Part shown: positions 21,524-34,900 of the stretch, one piece after another | How the letters are laid out: every line of letters starts with the position of its first letter | How positions within the stretch are numbered: the stretch's first letter is position 1 | From: Pelomyxa schiedti | Lineage: Eukaryota > Protista > Evosea | Assembly (NCBI GenBank): GCA_020536535.1 | Contig: JAHLWZ010000370.1 | Span: 1-38,334 of the forward strand | Direction: 5' to 3' | DNA length: 38,334 bases | The notes under the pieces: model-generated | Told to the model about the DNA's origin: nothing | Database searches by the model: none | Seen by the model: only the letters and a program-made list of their open reading frames with translations | Program-made: the position numbers and the translations under genes

Positions 21524-24237
21524 TCAGTGACCACTACTAGCAGTAGTCGCTGCAGCACTGCTTGTTGTTGTTGTGCTGCTGCTGGGTGTTGGACCTGATA
21601 CTGTGTTTAGGGGCTTTATTCGCTTGAGTTCATCAATGAATGTGGCTGGTGTGATAATGTGGGTGGAGCCTGTGGTTCATGTATCAGAATGGAGAAATGA
21701 CTTGTTTTTTGTTTTGGTACCTATGTAACATGCACGGTTCCTTTTCTTGGATACTTCATACACGGATCGTATTTCTGAGTAGGTCATTCCGCCACAGATG
21801 AATACAATAACTCTATTGCCAACAGGTTGAGCTGCTGGTTTTTTGCCTGCAAATTTGGGGGCTACACCTCTTTTTTGTTTCAATGACAATGATCAGAGTA
21901 AATTAAGAGAGAAAAAAGGGATAAAAGCATACCCTTTCTTAAGATTGACAACGGGAGCTGCTGCTGTGAGGTTAGAGCCATCTCCCTTGGTACCAGGGAA
22001 GCCTTCTGGAGAGAGAGTCCCGGCAATGAGGTTCTAACAGATTGTTGTTGAAAAAGAGAATAGTATTTTGGAAAAGTTACTTCGAGTGTAGTTTTAACCA
22101 CAGGCACAAATCGGGACAGTTCGTAGGGTACATCCTCATCTTTTTGTACTTTTTTGCCCTTACTGGCTTTGGCTTTCTTCTTTTTTCTCCCCTCCTACCA
22201 GAAGTGAAACCGGTGACAAAGAGTTTGTACTGCACATACACTCATTATTCTTACACCTATATGGAACAAGTTGGAAACAGTGTTCTTGTCGTCCAGGTTC
22301 AGATTTGCTTTATTAAGGAGTGCTTCCAGGTCCTATAAGATCTCCATGAACAGTAAGGTATTTGAAAAGAAAACTCACACTAGGAGCCATGCCCCCTTGG
22401 CTGATAAGGTACAGCATAAGAAGGCGCATTCTGTCGTGTGTTGATACATTGGAGCGTGCCAGAATAGGGGTCATCTTTGTCATCACATGTCTTGCCTCAT
22501 TGCCTTGGGCATCTTCCCCAGTAGCCATTTCCTAATGTCCCAGTGTCAATAACGTTGTTAGGGTGATGAAAGAGTGAGGACTTGCTCCAGCGATGCCAAA
22601 GTTATCAGATCTTTTCTATTAAATTCATCCATGCACTTTTGAGACATGTTCAAGTGAACTGAGTACTAAAAAAAGGAGTTAGAGGTGTTTCACTATTTGA
22701 TGTTACCTTTCCAAGCAGCTCTAGGTACTGAGGCATTGCCTTAATTGCACTCCCCATGTCCTTGAGGTTATCCACTTTCTGAAAATTTTGTTACAAGAGC
22801 ATGAGGGATGATGATGACTGACCTTTCCTCTGGTAAGGGAAGTGGCGTTGTTACTGGAAACAAAGCTGTTGAAGCCTTCCACAATCCCGGTAATAGTGTC
22901 TGCAATGTGCCTGTGGCGCCAGGTAGCCCATAATTCATCATTTTCACTTAGTAAAACCTCCTTTCTCTCCTCCTTATTGGCATTGTTCATGAATGTATAC
23001 CTGAGAAAGTCAAACGGAAGACTAGGGGAACAAAACCTTACACATAACGATCTTTTTTAATGTTTAGTAAGTCATAGGCCATCGCTTGATAGGTAAATTC
23101 AGACAACAACGGGCACATTGTGTCAATTGTTCTATCAAGAATCAATAGCATGCTTCTTTGCTCATTCATCTAGTACAAGGGAGTCTTGATAAAACTGACA
23201 GAGAAAACATACTCGTCTTGTGTGAGAAATTCTATCTAGTTCGCTCTGTACAGCAAAGGCAATCTCCTTCGCCAAGCCATTTGTCGTGTTTTGGTATCGA
23301 ATTATGGGATTTTCATCTAGAGTTGCACATACAGATACAATCTTTTGACAATTAGAATAGCAGTAAATAAATAACACATACCCGATTTATTATACACTGG
23401 CGTGCCTCAGAGACAACAACCACATTGCTAGTTGGAGAAAATAACTTGACCATACCGTCAGGAACATCAGCAGAGAAAACGCGGGATTCAAGAACTTAAC
23501 GTCAGGTAAGTTTTCTACTAAATAGCTCCTTGACAAACCCAGGAAATCCAAATTGACCTCTTTGAAAGACTTGATACGCACATAAGCTGGAGACCTCGCG
23601 ATTCTGCTAAGATCATCTCTTCCGACAGCTTGAAGTATAATAGTTCAGCTGAAGTGCCGTTCTTAAAGTGCAATACATACTTCCAGAAAAGAAAAGGTGA
23701 GCAACAGGGTACTGGGGTGTGGCACCCGAAAAATCTTTGAGGAAGAGATCAATCGAGGCGGGAGTAGGAGATATGAAATAAATTGCTTCAAGTGTGAGAG
23801 GCTGCCTGTCCATTTCCAATGTCTCCACCACTGATGGCTTTAGTTAGGCGCCCACGTTGAATCACCAAAAAAAAAAGTATGAGTAACCTGTAACATTCTC
23901 CTCCATAATATCTGACATTCTGCAGCATGCACCAATGACCCTAACTGTGCGCGAGTCTACAACCAAAACACGCCATTTTCGTGCTCCACCATAAGCATCA
24001 TCCATACCTCCAATTATATCTCTCATCACCCCTGTAATGAGTATGAATAAGCAACATCTGAAAAGAAAAAAAGGGAAAAGAAAAAAACATATGCAAAGAA
24101 GGGAGAAAAAACTTCATACTGTTTTTGCACACTAGGAGCAAACTTGCCTCGGTGGCAGCGAGAGATGGAGTGCTACTAGTAGTCGACGCGTACTCCATTG
24201 TGGGAGCGCTACTCGTAGTAGTTGTTGTTGTCGTCAT
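21524..24237 (-). CDS. sec1: Sec1/Munc18 (SM) family syntaxin-binding protein, multi-exon
   Basis: [11 protein letters not shown]...[77 protein letters not shown]. Confidence 0.93.
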
Positions 24238-24502
24238 TTCGCCCTCTGGTGTTGTGGCTTTGGAGTTTTCTTTTTGATAAAAACAAACTGCATTTCTGGT
24301 TATGCCGCTGTGTCCTCAGCACTGAGTCTGATCGACGGTCCAAAGTCCCTCACAACACAACTTCCCAGTGATACGTTGAGTGGGAGGTATTGGGTTCTTT
24401 GGGAGCTGCCCAGCTCAATCCAGATAAGATCTCAGTATACTGCCATTTTCCCGGAAAGTCTCTTCGCAATCATCAAACACACAAAAAAGAGCAAACGAAA
24501 AA

Positions 24503-26778
24503 ATGTCGGGGACACAGCCACAACAGACGGCCGTAACTCCTACACCGACGCCAGCTAATCTCCTCAGGACCAGCAAAAACCGGGCACATCGTCACCACCA
24601 TCACCACCAGGCCCAGCTCGCGTCCTCGTCCTCCTCCTCGGACCCACAATCCGCGCCCGGGTCCGGGTCTTGCGGCACAGTTCCCAAGCCCGGGGCTACG
24701 CCGCCACCAGGCGCCGCTGGCCCCGCGTCAGGAAGCCCCCCTCACGTCAGAGTCAATGTGGTCGCTGGATATGTATGTGCAGTTGCTTGTAGATTTAAAC
24801 TTTTGGAATGAATTATAGCAGCAGGGGTGTGATTGGCGTGTCGTAATTTTTGTAATTGTTTTTGAGGGGATACGGTAAATAATAAAACCCAAACATTTTA
24901 AAAAAATCAAATAAAAATCCGACTTACTGACTTCATTGGGTGATGAACTAGCAAATGGGGCAGGTCATTGGGCGGGGAGCATGTGGTGTTGTGTATAAGG
25001 CAGTTGATGTTAAAACTGGAGAGTTTGTGGCAGTCAAACAAGTTAAGACCTCAGCTAATGCAAGCCAAGCAGCTGAGGTACCTTCTATTACAATCCCACC
25101 CATGACATCTTATCTAATCCAGAAAGAAATAAATATTCTATCGAGATTGTCCCATCCCAATATCATTCGTGTAATAGGAACACATGTGGAGCAAGACACC
25201 CTAAGCATCATCCTAGAGTGCACTCCTCTTTAACTGCTTTCTATTCCTTAGTCACCTTATGCAAGGTATGCTGACGGAGGTTCGCTTGCGGGCATTCTGG
25301 ACAAATTTGGTCCTTTACCTGAGACATTAGTTGCAACCTACATAGACCAAGTCTCGTACAACTGCACTGTTACGAAAAACTTACTCCTCACCTTATAAGG
25401 TTCTTACCGGGTTAGACTACCTTCACTCCCAGATGGTGTTGCACAGGGATATCAAGGGAGGAAATATTCTAATTTCAGCGGTAAGTCGGGATACCATTTA
25501 TCTTCTAAAAATGAAATAATCGCAAGGATGGAACAGCAAAAATTTCAGGTACCACAACCCTGAAGTTTGGTTTCTAAGTGCTTTCTACACAGATTTTGGC
25601 GTTTCAGCAGTTTTTGCCAAAACCACCAAGAGGCTTACAGTTATATCCTCCTCTCTATTCATAACAGATTTTGTAACATGTTCAACACTCAGGTTGTAGG
25701 TACTTCAGCACGCCACTTTCATGATTAACTTTGACGGATTCATCAGGCACTCCATATTGGATGAGCCCCGAAACAATCCAAATGGATGGACAAACTGACG
25801 CCTCGGATATATGGTGTGTCTCTTTCTGCATGAAACGGAAACGCCTTTTTTTCACCCAGAAAATACAGGAGCTTGGGTGCAACGATAATTGAGCTTTTAA
25901 CAGGATTTCCACCCTATCACATGCTCTCACCAATGGGGGCAATGTTTCATATTGTGCAGGATCAACTTCCACCATTACCATCAGATATTTCTAATGTCCC
26001 TTTCATTCTCACAAATGCATTCCCGATTAAATGCAATGTTAAGGAACTGCATGATTTCCTCGTTCTTTGCTTCCAGAAAGAACAGACTGATCGACCCCCA
26101 GCAGCTGCACTAAAGACACATCTCTGGTTGCGAGAGAAAGCCTTGAGGTCGTCTAAGGGTACTTTTTGTTCCTTCTTTTGTAATTTAATTTCTTTGGTAG
26201 CTCCTTCTGTTGGAGAATTAGTGGATAATGTGCAGGACTACAATGCAATAAGAGCACCAACTCCAGAGTCACCTCTCACTCCATCACAAAGTCCCACTGT
26301 ATCATCTATGCTTAATCTTGAATCAGTAGTCACACCCAGAGAGGCGGAGTTCACAAGTAGATTACAAAAGCTAGAAGACCAACTGCACCTTTCTGTACAC
26401 TCCAGAACAACATCTGTAAGTACTAACTTCTAAAAGGAGAAAAAACGGCTGGAACTGAGGAAAGAACTAGAAGATTGCCATGAAGAAATTGAAGAACTCA
26501 AGAAAACTCTTAGGGCTAACGCTTCAGCAGAAAAAACATCCCAAGAGTAAGTTCTTTGTATTTACCACAAATTTTACAGAAGCGTTATATTCTTCCTAAC
26601 TCGCACAAGGTTTTTTTGGAACCTTGCCATGGCCATAAAAACAACAGCTCTGGAGAGAGGTCAACCCTGTGCAACCAACATCCAGCCTTTGTATGAGAAA
26701 GCTGTAGCACAGGACATACCCTGGAACCTGTGGGTAGAATGGCTACCTTCAATGCTTATGCCTGCAAAGAAAACCTAA
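24503..26778 (+). CDS. STE-group Ser/Thr kinase, Cdc15/SepA-like catalytic domain, followed by a coiled coil and a short conserved-looking C-terminal domain
   Basis: IGRGACGVVYK, VAVK, HRDIKGGNIL, DFGVS, VVGTPYWMSPE, SDIWSLGATIIELLTGFPPY, AMFHIVQD.LPPLP. The model needs a 7-nt exon at 25693-25699. Confidence 0.9.
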
Positions 26779-27036
26779 AATGCACCACTCACACATTTTG
26801 TACAAAATGAGGTGTGCTAATTCCCAAATCTAAAATCCTATTCCAAACAGTTCTCAGACTTCTCCAGGTTAGTTCCAACATGTTGGTTTTCACCAATTAC
26901 AACAACAACCGGTACATCATGTCTCCCGTGCCTTTGAAAGCCGTTCATAAAAAAACAAAAACCGTTTTGTTCAAAAAAATCGCGTGTCCCTACGAGGGCA
27001 AGATCGAAGATCCGAAGATCCGAGCAGTAGAAAATA

Positions 27037-29219
27037 ATGTCATCTTCGGCTGCCGCTACGACGACAACGACTACGAGCAATGCGGCACCTCATAGATACC
27101 AGAAAACTACGTTTATGAGTCCCACATTTTGCACATATTGCAAGGGTTTCATATGGGGTCTGAGGAACCAAGTTGAGGATAGTTCATATTGCACACTGAG
27201 CATATAACTAACAGTAATAATAACCCAAACAACAAACTGAATTTTGATAGGGGTACAGGTGCCCTTTATGCCATTTGACTGTTCACAAGAAGTGTTTGGC
27301 AAAGGCAGAACAAACATCTTGTGAGGGGTATGTGCGTGGGGGTACTCACTAAACCTCACTTATTATTTTCCCTCACCCCCAGGACTAAGGAGTTACTTGC
27401 CTCTCTCAATCCCAAAGCACCTTTGACTCCCATTGCTGCTAGCTTTGTAAAAGTTGAAGAAGACCTAAAAACACAGGGGTACATTCCTTACCCCTTAGCT
27501 ATCTCAAAAACCGTGCACGGTCTTACCCAAGTTTAAACCAAAAAAGGTGTGAGATAAACCTGCCTGACCTTGAATGGGATGAGAACCTACCCCCTCTTGG
27601 CAAAGGGGCATCTGGAATTGTGAGGTTGGGACTCTGGCTTCACAGTCTCCCTGTTGCAATCAAGTCATTGAACAATCTACCAGAGTTCATTGATGATACT
27701 ATGCGAGCTGAAATTTACAAAGAACTATCGGTACGCAATATTGATTAAAATTTTAACTCAACAAACATACAAAGGTTCTGGCTCAGCTCCGGCATCCAAA
27801 GTAAGGTTCTTTTTTCTTCCAACACACGAAATCATGAATCAACCTTTTGGGTAGTATTGTATTCTTTTATGGCTATGCCAAAAAAGAAGGAACACTTCTT
27901 CTCGTTACAGAATATGTACAGTATGGAGATTTGAGTTCCTTTATTTTCAGTCCGGACCAAGTACTGGATAAATCTTTTAGTCTCATCTCATTGTGGTGTA
28001 GTATCCAATTTCCGAGACTCATGCCATTAAACTGTGTCTTTCAATTTGTGCCGGGATGATATACTTACATAGTAGGAATATCATTCACAGAGATGTGTGT
28101 TCAAATTTCCATTAAGTTCTGTAATAACACTTTCATCCAGATAAAGGTAAACCCCTAAATTCCCAGATCACATTTGTCCAACATCAAACCAAAAGATCAG
28201 TAATATATTGGTCCAGTCTTGGGATGATGCACAACTCAAAGTATGTAATTAGTGGTACTTCAGAAGTGTAATTCGTCTTTTAGGTTTGTGGTAAGCTTGC
28301 TTACTTTTATAGAACGAATATTTGACACTATGAATGCAGATTTTGGCCTATCCAAAAAAATTACGGACAACAGTATCAACCAACTACACTCAAGTCCATC
28401 TAACCACGTTTTTCTCTTTTTGCATTTTCACAGGCCTTCGGATGACTATAAATGGTATGTTTCCCTTTTTGCAACAATTCCTTAACTGTCTCTTTCAGTC
28501 CCTGGCACGCCTTCTTATGCTGCACCAGAACTCACGACTGACGCATACACAAGTAAAGTAAGTGACTCACGGATGTCACAAATGATTTAACTCAGTAACC
28601 AGGTTGATGTTTACAGCTTTGCCATAGGTTCGAGCCCCTCAACATTACAACTAATATAAACCAATCTTCACACTTTCCCATAGTTTTATGGGAAATATTC
28701 TCGAGGGAACGAGCCTGGGGCACTGTGGCCAAGCCCTGGCTTATTTTCCAGGTGCAACGGCTTTTTCCATCGCGAAGCACTCACCATTCACAGAAAGTCG
28801 CCGAAGGAGAGCGACCACCTCTCCCTCCAAGAGCCGATGCACCCGCATGGGTTTCTCCCCTCATCAGCCGTTGTTGGGCTCCCGATCATGCAAGCCGGCC
28901 CACATTTGTTGAACTCTTCCACGAGCTAGCACAGCATGACCTCACGCACCCGTTGCACACCAACTCCAGTTTTGCTCGCCTTCACTCATCATCCTCCGCA
29001 GTACTCTCCACTTCCTCCAGCTCGCTGTCCTCCACACCTTCCTCCTCCCCTACACTCACCCCAACATCACCATCAACAAGTTCAGCAACCTCATCACCAC
29101 CCTCCACAACAGCAACCACTTCCACTTCCACTTCAACTTCTCAATCTACTTCCACTTCCACTTCCTCTTCACATGCTCCAGAGGGAACAGCATCTCCTAA
29201 AGGTAACCACCACACTTGA
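27037..29219 (+). CDS. C1 (phorbol ester/DAG-type zinc finger) + tyrosine-kinase-like (TKL) kinase, Ser/Thr-rich tail
   Basis: C1: HRYQKTTFMSPTFCTYCKGFIWGLRNQGYRCPLCHLTVHKKC. Kinase: LGKGASG, VAIK, LRHPNIV, HRD|IK|ISNIL, VCDFG, GTPSYAAPE, DVYSFAIVLWE, CW...SRPTF. Confidence 0.92.
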
Positions 29220-29348
29220 TTGACTGTTTGTCGGAAAAAAGCAGACTCAGTTTTTTAAGTGGAAAAAAGAATAAACACGTGTATTGTTTGATTTCGATTG
29301 GTTGTTGTCCCCCTCCGGTTCTGTTGTTACATACAGCTCAAGTCACAC

Positions 29349-31464
29349 CTAGAATTTTGGTGCTCTCCAGAGACACAAGGCGTTGTCAGTGTTACCAGCG
29401 AGAAATGAAGGTGTATCCTGCCAGTAGAATGAAACCAGGGTCTTGATTCCAAGTCGAGGAGTTCTGCCAATGTCTCCACTGTTTGCGTGCGAAGGAGCCG
29501 GTGTGCCGCTTCCAGAGCTGGATCGTACGCTTCTGCTGGTGGTAGTACTTGTTGTTGGTGCAGTACCGGAGCCCCCGAGGGCTGTCTGGGAAAGGAAGGA
29601 GCTTCCACTGACACTGCCGCTCGCCCCTGGTGAGCCGCTCACGCCAGTGTCGGATGACTGCGCTGCGAAGCTTGGTGGCGGGAAGTGAAACTCGTGAACT
29701 TTAGGAAACTGGTTCGCGGGGTCCCAGCAGGTCACTGCGCCACTCAAATCAGATGACAGCACCAAGTTCTGGAACAAGGAAAGGCGGGTAACTTCTTTTT
29801 GGTGGGCAAGTTTCATGAGTTCCTGGATTTTTTGGGTTAAAAAGGCGTGATTGTATGTGAGCCAGGTACCTTCCCCTCAGAATTCATTACGATTACGGAA
29901 CTCCCACAACCAACCAGCATATTGAATCCCACAGGTTGTAAGGCTCCGACTCGGCAACTTGTATGGAGTGGGACTTCCTCTACATGTGATGAGCCTCCCT
30001 CCTCTGAACTGGTCGAAATGATTCGGACAAGATCAAAGCAACCTAGCCACACGTGATTCCCCAAGAAGGCTATGCTGTTGATCACTTGATTGACAATAAT
30101 ACGCCCTTTAACTTTTCCAGACTGGTATTTTTTGTTAGAAGAGAAAGAGAATAGCAGGAGTGTACATCTGTCATGATAGCAATTTGACTGCTATTGCTTG
30201 CAGGTGCGCAGCTCCAGATTTCAGGTTCAATACCTGGTGATTCATTCACTACTAAGCATCTGACGAAGCTGTGCTCAGTGTCATGAACAGCATACTTCTT
30301 GAGCTTAAAGCTCTGGTCGTACGTTAAGGAAATTTTGTTAATCTTGATGTGGCTACCTTAGTATTAACAGACCAAACAGCCCCCTGCTCACTGCTCACGA
30401 ATACTTTACTTCTGACATTTACCATTGCATAAATCCTTGACTTATGAACTGCAATTGTGTTCAGAGGTTCCAGATTTTGTGAGTTCCACAAAGAAATTGA
30501 ACCTTCTGTGCCTCCAACCTGTTGTGAATGTTATTTACACAACTTTGAGCAGAGCCTAACGCACCCAAATTACTCCCTCCACTACCAGAAGGCTGCAAAC
30601 TCTTCCCCCAGATACAGGTGGTAAGAGAGTAGGCTGTAAGTTATATACAAGATGCGGCTGGATGAATTGGTTAAAGTAAATGAAACTTTCAATGAAATTA
30701 CTTTGATTGCCACTCCAGTTTCAGGGTGAATGGCCATCTGCCGAAAATTAGTTGGAAAACTGGCGTTTTGTTTCAGTTACCTGGCACAGAGTCGCAGAGG
30801 AGGGAGTTTGAGTATTTTCCGGACCGTTTTGGGTAGGCATCTGTGAGCTGTGCTGGCCCTGTTCAGATTCACACTTACTCGATTTACGTGAGTGGTGGTG
30901 ATGGTGGTGCTCTGTCTGCTCAGTTGTTCGCCTTGGGCTTCTAGGACTGGTGGGTACTCGCGGACTTGTCGGAGTCCCCAGTAATATTCTGTAGACATAA
31001 TTAGACTCAAGTGCCCTAACCAGAAGAGAGGGGGAAAAAAATAATAATAACAATAATAATAATAAAAAAAAGAAGCGATTTCAGACATACGGCTGCGGAC
31101 CGACTGGACTAACAGATAAATCCTCTACCACAGGAGTTTCAGAAGGCAAAGTAGGTATAACATTCACGCTGACACCACCTCCGGATGTAGCTTCTGCATC
31201 GTTCGCGGGATGGGTTTTCGAGCTGGAGCAGGACGTTCCTGTGTCGGGAGGCACGGGGCTGGGAGGGTTCGTAACTAAAATCACGGGCATCGTCGCAGTT
31301 TCCTCTTCCTTGTCCTTCCGCCGGTTTTTTATCGCCGCCGACTTGGCGACGAGCGGCCGGTCTTCGCTCGCTCCCTCGGCCCTGTCGGAGCTTTCCGTGT
31401 CGCCGTCTGACACTCCAGTGCTTACTTTGGTGTACTCTCCCTCCTTCCTTTTCCCCTTATCCAT
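29349..31464 (-). CDS. WD40-like beta-propeller protein with a disordered N-terminus, multi-exon
   Basis: Repeats IWVGGTEGSISLWNS, VHKSRIYAMV...VFVSSEQG, HVWLGC, HQKEVTRL...SSDLSGAVTCWD and FLAGNTDNALCLWR. Start placed at MDKGKRK because the upstream part of the ORF is poly-A, UTR-like sequence. Confidence 0.75.
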
Positions 31465-31914
31465 CACCCTTGGTGTTTTGTGTTGTCGTCTCTTTTTTTT
31501 CTTTTTTTTTCCCTTTTGGGATCTCCATTGGCAAAGTTCCAACGCGATTTTGGCAAGATCGTGTTCCGGGAAAATAGTGTCAATGATGCTCATCAAAGTT
31601 ACTAATGGAAGCCGGGAGAAAAAAATGCAGGGGCTAATTGTGGTGGTGCATCCATGGTTACCAAGCCGAACGTCGGTAAAACGAGAAAAAAGTTGTGAGA
31701 CAGCTTATAAAATCGTATTGAGAGATTGCCCGATCTCGTTGTCTCATGCTCCCGAGTCAAATCAGGAAGACGGACGTATTGGAAGTGGAAAATTGGCCCA
31801 ACTTGCGCAAACACCAAACATTTTCCCTGATTTGGGGTCTGGAAACACTCAATGGGTCAAGGGCAAATGAATTGAAGGCTTAGAGTGTAGGTATTTCTTG
31901 ATTGGTTCTGGTCA

Positions 31915-34900
31915 TCAGACACGGGAATAATCTGTGATTTTAGGGTCCTGAAAACACAGTGAGTTGGAAAGTAGAAACGAGAAAAAGAATACCGCAATGG
32001 CATCCAAACGTGAAGACATAGTTGGGCCGAGGTAGTTGACCAAATTAACCCGGTCAACAATCGCAATATTAGCTTCCTCTTCAAGGTCCTCAGGGAAACT
32101 GAAATCGTCAGGTATTCTCCAAAGTGTGACCACTATCAGAACCACAATGCACTCAGACCACGTGTGGCTCTCTCTAAGGGCTCTCGTTTGTGCCTTGGCG
32201 TTATCCCATTTTTCACGGACCATTGAAGGTAACAGGGTTGTGGTACTACTGGGTTCAGAGAATTTGGTCTCCAGACACACCACTACTTTCTTTCCAGTTG
32301 ACGAGTCAAGTAGAAAAACAGTTTCAAATCTGAGGAGCTGTTACAAGAAAAAACTGCTTTTCAATTATGAGTGGAAAAAAACCCTGGGTTCGTGTGTGAG
32401 CAACGAATGACGGTTCTGGTTTCGATGAAACGTATCTTCTTTGACAGCCACCAACAGAAAGCATGTGTTCTCTTCAAACCGTGGTTTCCAAGAGTTTTCA
32501 CATTCCAGCACAAGAACTTTGGTACCCTTGGAAAAGCAACTGTGACCTGTGGAAAATTTGGTGTAATGTGGCAAGGATTCCCAAACATCTCGCACAACGG
32601 GAAGGTTCTGTCCCCCTGTGGCACACACAAAGTAAGGAGAAGTGGATGTAGAGAAAGAAAATCTTCCAATGCCTGTCCATTAGACCAGTCTATCCCAGGG
32701 TTAAGCATAAATTTGAGCAATGCACTCATTCCAGGAAGTGCAGCATCACGTTGACAAGAGGAAGGTAGGCACTCAACAACAGTCTTGATGTCTGTTGGAT
32801 CTCTTGGGGTCTTGTATGTATGCGCGAAACGAAGTAAGTTCATGACACTTAGGCAGGGTATGGAGCCCGTTGAAAAAATGGTACCCTTGGCAACAAGCTT
32901 GCAGAAAGGCGTGTCCCCGATCATAGAACCTTCCTGGAGAGGTTCTCCTTTTATAACAGCACTGATTAAAGCATACGGGTATGTTGATGTTTGAAATATA
33001 GAACGGGTTGAGCTAACAATGCTATCCAGGCAATACATTTTTCTTTGAAGTAATAAGCAAGCAGAGCCAGTTTCATGTATCAACCATCTGTGCAGTCCTA
33101 CAAGTAAACAAGCGTGACCACCAGTGTCACTGAGTGCTTTTCGCAGGCCATTCAACACCCCAGGATATTCATCTTTATAGGAGGCAAAAAGCTCCAGTCG
33201 TGAATTGAATACAATTGGCTCCAATTTGTGGATGATGGTATGGCGTCCAGAGTCCGTTGATAGCTCTGCGACCCAGCCTGCGTTGAGACATGACATCACA
33301 GTCATAAGAACTGGGTTCTCAGGTGTAGGCGATATGCATCCGTGTAACATAGTTTCTGGTGCACATGTTTCAGAATCTTTGCCTTGGTTTTTCAGTGAAA
33401 ATGTATCTTCAAGTTTCCCCAGCATATGGCAGATGGCCTTGGAATGGGTGTCAGAACTCCCAGGATTGTCATCACTTTTCAGGATTTCATCAATGCACAC
33501 AAGAATACAACCTTTTTTACTTTTGAGTGCCATTGCCCGTATCAACAAATTCAGTGATTCCTCAATATTCACACAAATTTGGTCCCAATTGCTAATGCAT
33601 TTGAACAGCTGTATATAGCCGAAGTTGTCTCGGGTTTCAAACCAATGCCTGGTAATACATTAATGACAAGTTGCACTATTTCACATGAGTGTACGAGAAC
33701 AAAAGCCGGAGGAAAAGGCCAGGGACACCGCTGCTACCAGCATCAATTTCTTGGGTACAGGGAGTGTTTCCATTCCAAGTCACTGATGTACAAGCAGTGC
33801 CAGAACTCACCTTTAAGTCCAACCCAGAAGAAGTTGTTTCAAAAGCAGTCATGATTTCATCAAGCATCCGTGACTTTTTTGAATGAGAATGAATATTATT
33901 TGATGGAAGAAACCTTTCCACTTCCAGGCGCTCCACAAACAAAAATGAAGGGGTTTTTGGAACGGTTATCGTCGGTTACAGGCTGCCAGCGAGTCAGGAG
34001 TTTTCTCAGTATCTCTTTGAGGAGAATGGACCTATCTTTCAGCGGAAGAAGAGTATCTTGAACGAATCGATTTGCTCCTTTGTCTTTGGAGCGCCACACA
34101 AGCCCCAAATACTCAGCCGTATCGCGGAATGCGAGTAGGGAATCGCAGAAGCCTTGAGGACTCGACAAATCTAAAACGAGAGTCCCATAAAACTGGAAAT
34201 GCATCATACTTGAGAAGATAGTATTTGTTGCGACATCAATCTGGGTGAAGGGTTAGTGGAAAAAAACTTTTTTTTTTGTTCAGGATGGTACTCACAGCCA
34301 TGTTCCTTTTCTGTTCATGTCGAATCTTCTGAACAACGAACCTGATGAGTTCTACAGGAGACTTGAGAAGCACCTGTGGTTCGAGGAGGGCATAGTTGCT
34401 CATCATAAAAGTGATAATATGGTCGATGGTCTCATTAGCACTAACAAGAAGACTCAGGACTTCAGGATTTGAAACACTGGAGAAAAGACCACATAACGCA
34501 TTTCCCATCTGCGGATTTTGTTAACCCTCTTTGTATCTCCAGTGCCATACATCATTTTTGCGTTCAGTATCCCGTGAATTAGCTACTTCCAGCAATAGAG
34601 ACGTCTCCTTCGAACGTGGGTCAGACCTTGAACTCCGGAATAATTCTGGGTGTTGGAACATAAAAAACACCTTCTCCCCAATATCTTTTGTGCTATACCA
34701 CTCTGTGCAGTTATGTACAGCCGAGTTTATTACTGGAGTTAATCTTTCTTTCTGTTGGGCTTGGAGATTCTTAATGTAGCCCAAAATAGAAGCAGCACTC
34801 GACCGTTCTAGAAAAGAGGTGTCCACCAGAGTGGCATGGCTCTTCATGAACTCGACCAATTCCTTTCTTTCCAGTGCTTCCCTGGTAAAGAGACTGCTAT

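Noticed and set aside
31728-31740. GCCCGATCTCGT match to 5S rRNA
   Set aside because: Only about 12 nt match, and the flanks do not follow 5S sequence or structure.
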